Shown here: positions 9,241 to 19,873 of the stretch, in pieces
Layout of the letters: each line of letters starts with the position of its first letter
Numbering within the stretch: position 1 is the stretch's first letter
Source of the DNA: an uncultured Aliarcobacter sp.
GTDB taxonomy: Bacteria; Campylobacterota; Campylobacteria; Campylobacterales; Arcobacteraceae
Length of the DNA stretch: 64,000 bases
Direction: 5' to 3'
Assembly: GCA_963664305.2 (NCBI GenBank)
Contig: CAXXLV010000002.1
Location: 1,248,001-1,312,000, forward strand
Made by a program: the position numbers and the translations under genes
Notes under the pieces: generated by a model
Told to the model about the DNA's origin: nothing
Database searches by the model: none
What the model saw: only the letters and a program-made list of their open reading frames with translations

Positions 9241-9698
9241 TTTTCTTCCTTATTTCTATTTTTTTTAAATTCAAATTCTTTATTTGTAATAGGTGAAACT
9301 ATGAATGATTCTTCTGATAATCCAAATTCAACTGATAATCTTTCATTTTCAACAACATATTTGTCATATTCTTCAACAGTCCGAAAATCTGTTCTACTAC
9401 AACCTGAAACAAAAATGCTTGGTGCAATTAAAGATATAATATCTGGCAAATATCTGATTTCTTCTTCTCCAAATTCATTATTAACTTTTACCCCATAGCC
9501 TTCACCAACAACAACTAACTCTTTTTGTAATTGAACTAAAGAGTTATCAATCATTTCTCTAATTAATGTAGAAACAGTTATTCCATAATGTTCAGCAAGA
9601 ATTTCAAGAACATCAACTTTTCCTTTTGGCATACGAAGATTTATCTTTTTTTCTTCACCTCTGCTATCTAATTTATTTAACTTTTTGTCTAAAGACAT
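9237..9698 (-). CDS. Ribbon-helix-helix (CopG-like) repressor with C-terminal extension
   Basis: KKINLRMPKGKVDVLEILAEHYGITVSTLIREMI RHH pattern; AAGGAG SD before ATG at 9698. Confidence 0.75.
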   Translation of the reverse strand: MSLDKKLNKLDSRGEEKKINLRMPKGKVDVLEILAEHYGITVSTLIREMIDNSLVQLQKELVVVGEGYGVKVNNEFGEEEIRYLPDIISLIAPSIFVSGCSRTDFRTVEEYDKYVVENERLSVEFGLSEESFIVSPITNKEFEFKKNRNKEEK

Positions 9699-9727
9699 AT
9701 TTACTCCTTTTTGCAAATTATTTGTAT

Positions 9728-9760
9728 TACAATTGTATCACCAAAATTTACAATTGTCAA
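9728..9760 (-). promoter_or_regulatory. Sigma70 promoter of replication operon with two overlapping TACAATTGT operators
   Basis: Minus strand TTGACA-N17-TACAAT with TGn extension; TACAATTGT at 9728 and 9749. Confidence 0.75.
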
Positions 9761-9930
9761 TAATTTTATTAATGAATAAATATTTTTGAAATAAATAAGT
9801 GTGCTTGATTTGTGTATTTTTTTAAATATAAAATAAATATATTTTCAAATTAAAATATATTCTAGAATTCAAAAGTTACATATTTATGATGATTTGATAT
9901 ATATTTGATTTATAAATAAAATATGTAATA

Positions 9931-9948
9931 TTAATTTACTGTTAATTA
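9931..9948 (+). repeat. attR-like core TTAATTTACTGTTAATTA
   Basis: Identical to 4709-4726; abuts the glpD stop codon. Confidence 0.8.
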
Positions 9949-11538
9949 TCAAAAATAGTTTTTAATAAACTCTTTTGCTTCATTTTTCTCTATTTCTTTT
10001 TTTTCAATATCCCATTTTAAAATTTTTGCCATTTCTTCACAAACAATATCAACAAGTTCTAAAGAAGATTTTTTATCTATAAAACAAAGCCCTATTCTTC
10101 TTGCTAAATAGTCTATTGGCTTTTGAATGAACTCTTCTTTTATACAATACTCTATCTCTTTTTTTAAATAAGGAAATCTTTCATCTAGTAAATCAAAATC
10201 TTTATTTTCATCTGCAAGTGATAAAACCTTTATTGCATTGTCACCATAAAGTGAAATCAAAGATTTTTTTGTTTTTTTTGAAATAGGATAAAATGAAGTT
10301 AATTTTTCTAAGTTTTTTTTCTTTTGCCTATTTCCTACAAGTTTATATTTTTTTGTTTTACACAGTTCTTTCTTTTCAATTTTATTTTGTTTTATCAAAT
10401 AATCCATGATGTCATTTGCCATTTTTCTATAGGTAGTCCATTTGCCACCACAAATTGAAACTAAACCACTTTTTGAACTAAAAATTGAATGTTCTCTGTT
10501 TATTTGTTCTGTTTTTAATTTATTACTTTTTACAAGAGGTCTAATTCCACTCCAAGAAGATAAAATATCCTGTTTTGTTAAAGTTTTATCAAAATAATTA
10601 TTTACCTCTTTTAATAAATACTCTATTTCTTCATCTTTTACTTTTGAATTTTCCTCATAAAAAGTTTTATTATCTGTTGTTCCTATTAAACAATGTTCTA
10701 AAAATGGTAATACAAAAACTACTCTATTATCACTTGTATTTGGTATCAAAATTGCTTCATCAGAAAATAAAAAATCCTTTGAAACAACAATGTGAATTCC
10801 ACTACTTAAAGTCAAGACTTCTTTTGTTTCATTATCTAAAAATCTCATATTATCAACATTTGCACCTGTTGCATTTATTACAACTTTTGATTTGATTTCA
10901 AACTCTTTATTTTTTACTTTATCAAAATACTTCACGCCTGAAATCTTATTATTTTCATCATATGAAAAATTTTTAACTTCACAATAGTTTTTAACAATTG
11001 CACCATTTTCAAAAGCTGATTGCAAAAGTGAAATTATCATTCTAAAATCTAAAAAAGTTCCATCATAAAACGAAATACATGCTTTTAAATTTTTTTTTCT
11101 CAAATTTGGGAAATAGTAACTACTAATAACTTTATTCAAAAAAGTATTATTACCTAAACTATTTTTATATGAAATCAATTTATAAATAAACAAACCAATA
11201 TAGTTTTTAATTAGATTAAAATAAGAGTAACTTGGGATATTTATTTTTAATTTTTTTGATATATTTGAACTATTTTTTAGAAAAATTGCTCTTTCTTTTA
11301 AAGCTTCTTTTACTAAATTGTATTGAGATTTATCAAACTCTTTGATTGCTTTTTCAAGATACCTAACTCCACCATGAACTAATTTTGAACTTTTAGAACT
11401 AGCTCCACTTCCAAAATCATTTTTTTCTAAAAGTAAAACTTTATAACCTCTAAGTGTTGCATCAAGACATATTCCACTACCAACAGCTCCGCCACCAATC
11501 ACAACAATATCATAGTTTTCATCTCTTGAATTTATCAT
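9949..11538 (-). CDS. glpD: FAD-dependent glycerol-3-phosphate dehydrogenase/oxidase
   Basis: GGGAVG FAD motif, SSKLVHGGVRYL, GGKWTTYRKMA. Confidence 0.9.
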   Translation of the reverse strand: MINSRDENYDIVVIGGGAVGSGICLDATLRGYKVLLLEKNDFGSGASSKSSKLVHGGVRYLEKAIKEFDKSQYNLVKEALKERAIFLKNSSNISKKLKINIPSYSYFNLIKNYIGLFIYKLISYKNSLGNNTFLNKVISSYYFPNLRKKNLKACISFYDGTFLDFRMIISLLQSAFENGAIVKNYCEVKNFSYDENNKISGVKYFDKVKNKEFEIKSKVVINATGANVDNMRFLDNETKEVLTLSSGIHIVVSKDFLFSDEAILIPNTSDNRVVFVLPFLEHCLIGTTDNKTFYEENSKVKDEEIEYLLKEVNNYFDKTLTKQDILSSWSGIRPLVKSNKLKTEQINREHSIFSSKSGLVSICGGKWTTYRKMANDIMDYLIKQNKIEKKELCKTKKYKLVGNRQKKKNLEKLTSFYPISKKTKKSLISLYGDNAIKVLSLADENKDFDLLDERFPYLKKEIEYCIKEEFIQKPIDYLARRIGLCFIDKKSSLELVDIVCEEMAKILKWDIEKKEIEKNEAKEFIKNYF

Positions 11539-11616
11539 ATTTTTCTCAATTAAAGGTATTTAAAAAAAGCTTTTTGCTAAGCTAGGATATAATAAAAATA
11601 AATAAAAAGGAATAAA

Positions 11617-12027
11617 ATGCAAATAATTATTGCCATAGCTGTTTTTATAATCATCTTAACACTAATACTTTATAAAGTAAATGATAGATTCGAAAAAAGA
11701 GAGCTAATAATACTTTTATTAATAATAATTATTTCAACAATAGCTTATATTTGGTATGAAAAATCACAAGAAAACTTTTTCCCAAAAATGTTTAAAGAAA
11801 AATATGAAAAAGAGAAAAATGTTTTAATTGAAGGATTAGAATCTGAACTTTTAAATAATAAAGTTGTTAGTTCAAAAGATAAATTTATTTATAAATTTAC
11901 ATATCTTGTTAAAAAAGATAATAAAGAGTTTTTATGTACAACAAATGAAGTTGAAATCAATAAAATACAAAATAACTTTGTATTTAAAAATTTCTTGGAT
12001 TTAAAAGAAGAGTGTATAGAAAAATAA
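11617..12027 (+). CDS. Hypothetical membrane protein
   Basis: AAGGA SD; two N-terminal TM helices. Confidence 0.7.
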   Translation: MQIIIAIAVFIIILTLILYKVNDRFEKRELIILLLIIIISTIAYIWYEKSQENFFPKMFKEKYEKEKNVLIEGLESELLNNKVVSSKDKFIYKFTYLVKKDNKEFLCTTNEVEINKIQNNFVFKNFLDLKEECIEK

Positions 12028-12033
12028 CTCTTC

Positions 12034-12681
12034 TTATGCTGGTTTAAAACCACTTTTACTTTTACAAACCTGAGGAAACAGACAATTTTCACACTCAGGT
12101 TTTACAGCTTTACAAATATATCTTCCAAATAAAACCATTGCTTGATGAAAAATATGTAAATCGTGCCCTTTTAATTTTTTTACTAAATCTGCCTCAGTTA
12201 TATCAACTGTTTTTCCATCACTAAGTCCCAGTCTATGAGAAACTCTAAAAACATGAGTATCAACTGCCATAAGATTTGCACCCTCAAACTCAATCATAAA
12301 TACATTTGCTGTTTTATTCCCAACACCTGCAAGTTTCATAAGCTTTTTTTGATCATGTGGAATTTCGCCATCATAATTCATCAAAACACTTTGAGCCATT
12401 TTTATAATATTTTTTGCTTTATTATTAAAAAATGAACAAGATTTTAATAACTCTTTTACATCTTCAAGCTCAGCAACTGCTAATTCTCTTACACTTGGAT
12501 ATTTTTCAAAAAGAGCTGGTGTTATAATATTTACTCTTTTATCAGTACATTGAGCACTTAAAATAATAGCTATTAATAATTCATAATCATTTCTATAATT
12601 TAGCTCTGTAACTGCATCACTATACTTTTCAATAAATGCTTGTTTTATTATTTCAATATCTGCTTTTGTTGCTTTTTTCAT
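12034..12681 (-). CDS. nth: Endonuclease III
   Basis: LSAQCTD, HhH GVGNKTA, VDTHV, Cx6Cx2Cx5C. Confidence 0.95.
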   Translation of the reverse strand: MKKATKADIEIIKQAFIEKYSDAVTELNYRNDYELLIAIILSAQCTDKRVNIITPALFEKYPSVRELAVAELEDVKELLKSCSFFNNKAKNIIKMAQSVLMNYDGEIPHDQKKLMKLAGVGNKTANVFMIEFEGANLMAVDTHVFRVSHRLGLSDGKTVDITEADLVKKLKGHDLHIFHQAMVLFGRYICKAVKPECENCLFPQVCKSKSGFKPA

Positions 12682-12682
12682 T

Positions 12683-14656
12683 TTATATCTCTTTTATTTT
12701 TGCTATCTCATCTCTTAATCTAATAGCCTCTTCAAAGTTTAAATCTTGTGCCGCTTTTTTCATTTGTTTATTTAACTCTATCAAGATTTTTTTACGTTCA
12801 CTTGCTGGCATTTTTTCTAGTTTTTGTTTTTTCCAAGCTACATCATCATACTCTTCAAGTTTTAGATTTTCATCAAGTTTTCTTTTTGTTGATTTTGGAG
12901 TTATATTATGTTCTTTATTGAAATCTTCTTGAAGTTTTCTTCTTCTATTTGTTTCATCAATTGCAAATTGCATCGAAGCTGTAATTTTTTTTGCAAATAA
13001 AATTACTCTTCCATTTTCATTTCTAGCAGCTCTTCCAATTGTTTGAATAAGAGAAGTACGACTTCTTAAAAATCCTTCTTTATCAGCATCAAGTATAGCA
13101 ACTAAAGAAGTTTCAGGAATATCAAGACCTTCTCTTAAAAGGTTAATTCCAATTAACACATCAAAAGTTCCAAGTCTTAATTCTCTGATTATTTGATTTC
13201 TTTCAATTGCATCAATTTCGCTATGCATATATTTTACTTTTATTCCTAAATCTGCATAATAACTAGCTAACTCTTCAGCCATTTTTTTAGTAAGAACTGT
13301 AACTAAAACTCTTTCATTTTTTGCAATTACTTTTTTTATCTCATCATGTAATCTTTCAACTTGATATTCACTATCTATTATGTCAATAATTGGGTCAAGT
13401 AATCCAGTTGGTCTTATAATTTGCTCAGCTACAACTGAACTCATATCAACTTCAAGTTCATTTGGAGTTGCACTTACAAATACATAATGTGGTGCTTTTT
13501 TTATAAACTCATCAAATTTTAGAGGTCTATTATCAAGTGCTGAAGGAAGTCTAAATCCATACTCAACTAAAACCTCTTTTCTACTCCTATCAGCTGCGTG
13601 CATTCCTCTAAATTGAGAAAGTGAAACATGAGATTCATCAACCACAAGTAAAAAATCTTTTCCCATTTGTTCAAAATAATCAAGTAACGAATAAGGAGTT
13701 TCACCAGGTTTTAATCCAGTTAAGTGTCGTGCATAGTTTTCAATTCCTTTGCACATTCCAGTTCCTTCAATCATCTCTAAATCAAACTCAACTCTTTGTT
13801 TTAGTCTTTGATATTCAACAAGTTTTTGTTCTTTTTGGAAATAATCAAGTCTTTCATCTAATTCTTCTTCTATTTGTTTAACGGCTGTTGCTAATTTATC
13901 ATTTGAAACAACGAAAGGATTAACAGAATAAATAATTACTTCTTGTAAATCTTTTACTCTGTTATTTGTTATATATTCATGTTTTGAGATAGATTCAACC
14001 TCATCACCAAAAAACTCAACTCGAATAAACTCATCTTCAAAATAAGCTGGAAAAATATCTATCACATCACCATTTACTCTAAAATCAGCCCTATCAAAAA
14101 ACTTATCGTTTCTTTTATAACCCATTTCCACAAGTTTTAATAAAAACTCTTTTTGTGAATACTCAAAACCTACTTCAACTCTTTGAACCATTGCTTTATA
14201 TTCACTTGGATTTCCTAAACCATAGTTAGCTGAAACAGATGCAATTACAATAACATCATCAAAAGATAATAAAGAAGCTGTTGCACTAAGTCTTAATCTT
14301 TCTAATTCTTCATTTATAGAACTATCTTTTTCAATAAATAAATCGCTTCTTGGAATATATGCTTCAGGTTGATAATAATCATAATAAGAGATAAAATATT
14401 CAACATGATTGTTTGGAAAAAATTGTTTAAATTCACTGTAAAGCTGAGCAGCTAAAGTTTTATTATGAGTCATTATAAGTGTAGGTTTTTGAACTTTTTC
14501 AATAACTTTTGCTATTGTATAAGTTTTACCACTTCCAGTAACTCCTAAAAGTGTGTTATATTGATTTCCAGCTTCTATACTATCACTTAAAGCTTTTATT
14601 GCTTTTGGTTGGTCTCCACTTGGTTCATAATCACTTACTACTTTAAACTTTGTGAT
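12683..14656 (-). CDS. uvrB: Excinuclease ABC subunit B (apparent ATC start)
   Basis: [17 protein letters not shown] domain. The frame extends 61 codons upstream of the first ATG and includes Walker [17 protein letters not shown] at 14663-14668. Confidence 0.93.
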   Translation of the reverse strand: MTKFKVVSDYEPSGDQPKAIKALSDSIEAGNQYNTLLGVTGSGKTYTIAKVIEKVQKPTLIMTHNKTLAAQLYSEFKQFFPNNHVEYFISYYDYYQPEAYIPRSDLFIEKDSSINEELERLRLSATASLLSFDDVIVIASVSANYGLGNPSEYKAMVQRVEVGFEYSQKEFLLKLVEMGYKRNDKFFDRADFRVNGDVIDIFPAYFEDEFIRVEFFGDEVESISKHEYITNNRVKDLQEVIIYSVNPFVVSNDKLATAVKQIEEELDERLDYFQKEQKLVEYQRLKQRVEFDLEMIEGTGMCKGIENYARHLTGLKPGETPYSLLDYFEQMGKDFLLVVDESHVSLSQFRGMHAADRSRKEVLVEYGFRLPSALDNRPLKFDEFIKKAPHYVFVSATPNELEVDMSSVVAEQIIRPTGLLDPIIDIIDSEYQVERLHDEIKKVIAKNERVLVTVLTKKMAEELASYYADLGIKVKYMHSEIDAIERNQIIRELRLGTFDVLIGINLLREGLDIPETSLVAILDADKEGFLRSRTSLIQTIGRAARNENGRVILFAKKITASMQFAIDETNRRRKLQEDFNKEHNITPKSTKRKLDENLKLEEYDDVAWKKQKLEKMPASERKKILIELNKQMKKAAQDLNFEEAIRLRDEIAKIKEI

Positions 14657-14666
14657 GATAAGCTCC

Positions 14667-15203
14667 TTATTTTTCTTTCAAAATTTCATATAAAATAATA
14701 GATACATCTCTTGCTGTCCAAATAACATCTCTACTTAAAGTATCTCTATCTTTTTCTATATTTGCATTATTCCAATATTTATTTAAAATTCTTTGTATAT
14801 CATTTTTTCTGTGTTCTTCACTTAATTCTAAAATAGTCAAATGAAAAAATTTGTGACTATTATAGATTGATAATTTATTTTTTGTTTTTAAAAAATATAA
14901 AAGTAAAGATACTTGCCAAGTATGCCACTCTATTCTATCCATAGCACTTGGAAGTTTATGTGCATAATCCAAAGCCCTATAAGAATCTAATATAACTCTA
15001 CAAGCTTGAGATAAAGCATTGATATTCATATTTTCTATATTTTTGGGAAATCTCATTTCTTCTAATTTTATAACTTTTAATGATGGAGTATTTCTTGTAA
15101 CATTCAATTCTTTTGTATTATTTTTGTTATCCATTAATAAATATATTAAAATTATCAGTAATAAAACTGCAATAATTATTATACCAACTATGGCAAGATG
15201 CAT
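14667..15203 (-). CDS. Hypothetical protein with N-terminal TM anchor
   Basis: 178-aa ORF in operon between lpxH-like gene and uvrB. Confidence 0.7.
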   Translation of the reverse strand: MHLAIVGIIIIAVLLLIILIYLLMDNKNNTKELNVTRNTPSLKVIKLEEMRFPKNIENMNINALSQACRVILDSYRALDYAHKLPSAMDRIEWHTWQVSLLLYFLKTKNKLSIYNSHKFFHLTILELSEEHRKNDIQRILNKYWNNANIEKDRDTLSRDVIWTARDVSIILYEILKEK

Positions 15204-15898
15204 AAATCTACCTCTTCAAAATTGAAATTTTCAAATCTTGTGTATTTTTTTTGACAACATAATGATGGAATATTTATATATTTTTTATTTTCAAATACAT
15301 AAGTTCCACCTTGATGGTAGTGTCCTTCAATTACAATATTTGTATCATAATTTTTTAATCTCTTAAAAACAATTTCTTCAAAATTTTTCATTTTATGACA
15401 AATGTTTTTTTCTAAAAGAGCATTCTCTATTTTTTTTGAAATGTAAAAATTTATATCGATAAAATTCATAAATTTCAAAAAGAATCTATTTCTAACAACA
15501 TTACAAAAAAGGTCATATTTCCAATTTATAAAATTATCTCCATGAGATAAACTTATTGTTATATCATTGAATTTTCCCAAAATTGGTTGATTTTCTCTTT
15601 TTATAATTTTTATATTTGAAAAAAGTTCTTGAAGATTATAATCATGATTTCCCTCTAAATAAATTATCTCTATTTTTTTTGATAAATTATTTAAAATATC
15701 TATTATTTCATGATTTTGTTTTATAAAATATTTACATTCACTTGAAATAAAATCTATGATATCACCCATTAAAAAAAGTTGTGAAGTTTTAATCTCTTCT
15801 TTTTCTAATTTGTTTAAAAATTGTAAGAATTCTATGTTTTTTTGATTAAAATGAGAGTCAGCTACAAAAATAGCTCCCTCTTTAATATTAAGATTCAT
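15188..15898 (-). CDS. lpxH: UDP-2,3-diacylglucosamine diphosphatase (metallophosphoesterase)
   Basis: ADSH, GDIID, GNHD, HGD and GHYH motifs. Confidence 0.8.
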   Translation of the reverse strand: MNLNIKEGAIFVADSHFNQKNIEFLQFLNKLEKEEIKTSQLFLMGDIIDFISSECKYFIKQNHEIIDILNNLSKKIEIIYLEGNHDYNLQELFSNIKIIKRENQPILGKFNDITISLSHGDNFINWKYDLFCNVVRNRFFLKFMNFIDINFYISKKIENALLEKNICHKMKNFEEIVFKRLKNYDTNIVIEGHYHQGGTYVFENKKYINIPSLCCQKKYTRFENFNFEEVDLCILP

Positions 15899-15948
15899 AA
15901 GCTATTTTTGATTTTCTTATTTAATTTCTTCTTTTCAGCTACATTCAT
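15895..15948 (-). CDS. 17-aa bridging mini-ORF MNVAEKKKLNKKIKNSL
   Basis: ATGA overlaps with both the greA stop and the lpxH start. Confidence 0.4.
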   Translation of the reverse strand: MNVAEKKKLNKKIKNSL

Positions 15949-16433
15949 AGTAACTCTATGTCCTTGTAACATACATTTAGAACTTCAAAAGTTTTAACAC
16001 CACCTGGAAGTGTTGCAGTTACTTCATCACCCTCTTCTTTTCCCATTAATTGTTTTGCAAGTGGAGAATTAAAAGAAATTAATCCTTTATCTGCATTTGA
16101 TTCAACTCCACCAACAATAGTATATGTAAATTCTTCATCTGTATTTGTGTCAACTAAACTTACCGTTGAACCAAAACTCACTTTATTATGTGGAAGAGTT
16201 GAAGGATCGATAATAACTGCTTTTGAGATAACTGCATTTAATTCTGCAATTTGTGAGTCAATTAATGCTAATTTATCTTTTGCAGAATGGTATTCAGCAT
16301 TTTCTTTTAAATCTCCTAATTGTCTAGCTTCATCTAATGCAATTACAGTTTCAGGTCTTTCTTTTTTCTTTAAAAACTCTAGTTCTCCTGTAATTTTATT
16401 ATATCCAGCTATTGTCATTGGTTCTTTATCCAT
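15945..16433 (-). CDS. greA: Transcription elongation factor GreA
   Basis: ARQLGDLKENAEYHSAK and ISFNSPLA motifs. Confidence 0.95.
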   Translation of the reverse strand: MDKEPMTIAGYNKITGELEFLKKKERPETVIALDEARQLGDLKENAEYHSAKDKLALIDSQIAELNAVISKAVIIDPSTLPHNKVSFGSTVSLVDTNTDEEFTYTIVGGVESNADKGLISFNSPLAKQLMGKEEGDEVTATLPGGVKTFEVLNVCYKDIELL

Positions 16434-16494
16434 CAACATCTCCAATAAATTTATTTATGATATAATACCTAAAAATAGTAAAAGAGAAGTTTAG

Positions 16495-17145
16495 ATGAAA
16501 TATGACAGAACAAAAAAGTTATTTGGGAACGATGTCTTTGAAAAATTCAAAGATGTAAAACTAATACTTTTAGGTGTTGGTGGTGTTGGAAGTTTTGCAC
16601 TTGATGCTCTTTATAACACTGGAATTACAAATATTACTATAGTTGATTTTGATACTTATGAAGAATCAAATATGAATAGACAAATGGGAAGTCATGGGAA
16701 TATTGGAAGAATTAAAGTTGAAGCTTTAAAAGAAAAGTATCCAGATGTTACTCCAATTCATGTTAAAATTACTCCTGAATGGATTGACAATTTTGATTTT
16801 TCATCTTATGATTATATATTAGATGCAATTGATGATATTAGACCTAAAGTACATCTAATAAAAAAGCATTTTACAAAAATTATTAGTACTAGTGGTGGAG
16901 CAAAAAGAATTGACCCAAGTAAAATAGAATATATATCTATTTGGGATACATATAATGACCCATTTATTAAAAAAGTTAGAGAAGAATTAAAAAAACAAGG
17001 ATTTAAGAAAAAATTTAAAGTAATTTTTTCATCAGAAAATCCAAGATGTATCGAAAAAGGAAGTTTTGAGGGAGTTACTGGCTCTTTTGGTTTAATGATG
17101 GCATCAGTTACTATTCAAAAATTGTTAAAGAAAATTGAAAAATAA
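16495..17145 (+). CDS. tcdA: ThiF-family tRNA threonylcarbamoyladenosine dehydratase
   Basis: GVGGVG, DFD...SNMNRQ, DP..KKVREEL motifs. Confidence 0.8.
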   Translation: MKYDRTKKLFGNDVFEKFKDVKLILLGVGGVGSFALDALYNTGITNITIVDFDTYEESNMNRQMGSHGNIGRIKVEALKEKYPDVTPIHVKITPEWIDNFDFSSYDYILDAIDDIRPKVHLIKKHFTKIISTSGGAKRIDPSKIEYISIWDTYNDPFIKKVREELKKQGFKKKFKVIFSSENPRCIEKGSFEGVTGSFGLMMASVTIQKLLKKIEK

Positions 17146-17206
17146 CTTAAAGATACTCAAAGTTTAAAAGATATATAATAATTAACTTACATGAAAAAGG
17201 ATTCAC

Positions 17207-18115
17207 ATGAGCGGTATTAGCGGTAGTGTAGAGCAAATGACGCAAGGACATTTAAGAAATGTTCAACAATTAGCAGTATTTTACACTGGACATAATAATA
17301 TATACGCAATTAATATAGCAAAAGTTAAAGCTTTTATAATTACAGAAGAAGTTGCAATTAACGATACACCAAAAGACACAGATATTATTGCAGGGATTGC
17401 TACAATTAGAGGTGAGCCTGTAACATTAATCAATCTTGATGCTTGGCTTGGACTTCCTGCACTTGCAGTAAAAGATTATAAACTTATTATATTTTGTGAA
17501 TTTAATCACAAAAAAATTGGTTTCCTAGTAAAAGACATGCTTGATATCGTTGAAAAAACAACTCAAGAATTAAGACACACAGAAGAGACTAACTCAAAAA
17601 TTACATATACAACTTACGTAAAAGTAAATAACAAAGATGAGTTATGTACTGTGTTTAATGCTGAGCAATTATTAAGAGACATCAAATGGACTGATGATGG
17701 TTCAGATGAAATTAGAAAATATGTTGACGAGAAACTTCACTCTGATAAATTAATTTTAGCTGCTGAAGATTCTGGTGTTGCAAGAGAAGTTCTAAGTTCA
17801 TTTTTTGAAGAAACAGGTCTTGATTATGAAATCTATGCAAATGGAACTTTATTAGTAAAAAGATTAGAAGAATTAAATCCTGATAAAATTGGTTTAGTAA
17901 TTACAGATATTGAAATGCCTGGAACTGATGGATATCAAGTTGCTGCATTTATAAAAAACAATAAAAATTTAGCACATGTTCCAATTATTGTAAACTCTTC
18001 AATGACAACAGATGCAGTAAGAGGAAAAATGAGCCAAGTTGGTGTTGATGGATTTGTTGGTAAAACTGATATTTCAAATCTATTTAAACTAACAAAAAAA
18101 CTTTTATTAAGATAA
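17207..18115 (+). CDS. cheV: Chemotaxis protein CheV (CheW-REC)
   Basis: N-terminal CheW domain; receiver with AEDS and TDIEMP. Confidence 0.92.
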   Translation: MSGISGSVEQMTQGHLRNVQQLAVFYTGHNNIYAINIAKVKAFIITEEVAINDTPKDTDIIAGIATIRGEPVTLINLDAWLGLPALAVKDYKLIIFCEFNHKKIGFLVKDMLDIVEKTTQELRHTEETNSKITYTTYVKVNNKDELCTVFNAEQLLRDIKWTDDGSDEIRKYVDEKLHSDKLILAAEDSGVAREVLSSFFEETGLDYEIYANGTLLVKRLEELNPDKIGLVITDIEMPGTDGYQVAAFIKNNKNLAHVPIIVNSSMTTDAVRGKMSQVGVDGFVGKTDISNLFKLTKKLLLR

Positions 18116-18128
18116 TCTCTTTTTCAAT

Positions 18129-18149
18129 AAGATGAGTTAAACTCATCTT
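18129..18149. terminator. Bidirectional terminator hairpin between cheV and argH
   Basis: AAGATGAGT-taa-ACTCATCTT between convergent genes. Confidence 0.65.
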
Positions 18150-18150
18150 A

Positions 18151-19542
18151 TTATTTATTTTCTAACCACTCTTCGAAATATTTTATTTGATTTTCTGTTT
18201 GGATTGATGAAGTCCCACCAAATGAATTTCTTGCGTTCATTGAATTTCTTAAATCTAAGTACATAATTATCTCTTCACTTACATTTTTTAATTCATCATT
18301 TGCACTTCTAATTTCATTTATATTTAATTCACTAATATCTTTATTTAAGCTATTTGCTAATGCTACTACATCTTTTGTTATGTAGTATGCTGTTCTAAAT
18401 GGCATATTTTGTTTTTGAACTAAATAATCAGCTAAATCTGTTGCTGTTAAGTGTCCAATTTTACAAGCTTTTTCCATTTTATCAACATTTACAATCATAG
18501 TTTTAATAACTTCATTTAAAATTGAAATAGAAATTTCAACTGTTTTAACAGAATCAAAAACACCCTCTTTATCTTCTTGAGTATCTTTATTATAAGCTAG
18601 CGGTAAACCTTTCATAACAGTTAAAAGAGAGATTAAATTTCCATATACTCTACCTGTTTTTCCTCTTAATAATTCTGGAACATCAGGATTTTTCTTTTGA
18701 GGCATAATTGAACTTGTTGTTGCATACTCATCACTCATTCTTACAAATTGGAATTCATAAGATGACCAAAGAATAAGTTCTTCCGAAATTCTACTAATAT
18801 GCATCATAGTTGTACTTATATTAAATAAAATCTCTAAAGCAAAATCTCTATCAGAAACCGTATCCATAGCATGATTTGTAGGAGCTATAAATCCTAATTT
18901 TTGTGAACTTGATTCTCTATTAATATTGTGTGGAGTTCCTGCAAGGGCAGCACTTCCTAAAGGACAATAATTGTTTCTCTCATACGAACTTTCAAATCTT
19001 TCATAATCTCTTTTAAACATATTTGCATAGGCTAATAAATGGTAACCAAAGTTAAGAGGCTGAGCATGTTGTAAGTGAGTCATACCAGGAATTAAAGTAG
19101 TTGTATATTTCCCTGCTACATTTACAAAAGTTTCAACTAATTCTTTTAATTGAGTTTTTATACTTACTGATTTATCTTGAACATATAGTCTAAAATCTGT
19201 TGCAACTTGGTCATTTCTACTACGTGCAGTGTGAAGTCTTTTTCCTGGTTCTCCAATTATTTCTGTGAGTCTTGTTTCAACTGCCATATGAATATCTTCA
19301 TATGCTAAAGAAAATTTAAACTCGCCACTTTCAATCTCTTTTTTAACTTGTAAAAGTCCTGTTTCAATAGCTTTTTGCTCTTCTACTGTTAAGATACCTT
19401 GTTCCGCCAACATTGCTGAATGTGCAATTGAACCTTTAATATCTTGAGCATAAAGTTCTTTATCAAACATTATTGAAGCATTAAATTCATCTAAAATTTG
19501 AGCATTTGTATTTTTTAAAATCTGATTATTTTGATTTGACAT
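18151..19542 (-). CDS. argH: Argininosuccinate lyase
   Basis: HTARSRNDQ and [11 protein letters not shown] signature. Confidence 0.96.
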   Translation of the reverse strand: MSNQNNQILKNTNAQILDEFNASIMFDKELYAQDIKGSIAHSAMLAEQGILTVEEQKAIETGLLQVKKEIESGEFKFSLAYEDIHMAVETRLTEIIGEPGKRLHTARSRNDQVATDFRLYVQDKSVSIKTQLKELVETFVNVAGKYTTTLIPGMTHLQHAQPLNFGYHLLAYANMFKRDYERFESSYERNNYCPLGSAALAGTPHNINRESSSQKLGFIAPTNHAMDTVSDRDFALEILFNISTTMMHISRISEELILWSSYEFQFVRMSDEYATTSSIMPQKKNPDVPELLRGKTGRVYGNLISLLTVMKGLPLAYNKDTQEDKEGVFDSVKTVEISISILNEVIKTMIVNVDKMEKACKIGHLTATDLADYLVQKQNMPFRTAYYITKDVVALANSLNKDISELNINEIRSANDELKNVSEEIIMYLDLRNSMNARNSFGGTSSIQTENQIKYFEEWLENK

Positions 19543-19604
19543 TTGGTTTCCTAAAATTATAATGTGCCTTTTAAATTAAGCCGGAATTATAACACAACTG
19601 TTAT

Positions 19605-19790
19605 TTACTCTTCCTCTTCAATCTCTTGAATTGCATCTTTTATAATATACAAAATTTTACTTTTTGCATTTTCTTCATTATTTTCCGGTACATCCCATCC
19701 AACAATAGACATATATTTGTCAACAAGTGATTTTACATCATCCACGATATTATCGTGTAATTGTGCTAATTCTTTGTCTTGTGCATTCAT
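19605..19790 (-). CDS. Small acidic hypothetical protein
   Basis: AAGGA SD; 61-aa ORF with WDVPE motif. Confidence 0.7.
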   Translation of the reverse strand: MNAQDKELAQLHDNIVDDVKSLVDKYMSIVGWDVPENNEENAKSKILYIIKDAIQEIEEEE

Positions 19791-19873
19791 TATTTTTTCC
19801 TTTTTATATTAGTTATTATTAAATACTTGATATAATACCGAACATTAACAATAAAAAAAATAAGGTATCATTT

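Larger units (their letters stand above)
4709..9948. mobile_element. Integrated rolling-circle element (integrative plasmid or phage satellite-like)
   Basis: Exact 18-bp terminal direct repeats enclosing tyrosine integrase, Xis-like, HUH Rep, SSB-like and RHH genes. Confidence 0.85.

Noticed and set aside
4709..9948. Complete filamentous prophage
   Set aside because: No Zot/pI ATPase and no cluster of small coat-protein ORFs.
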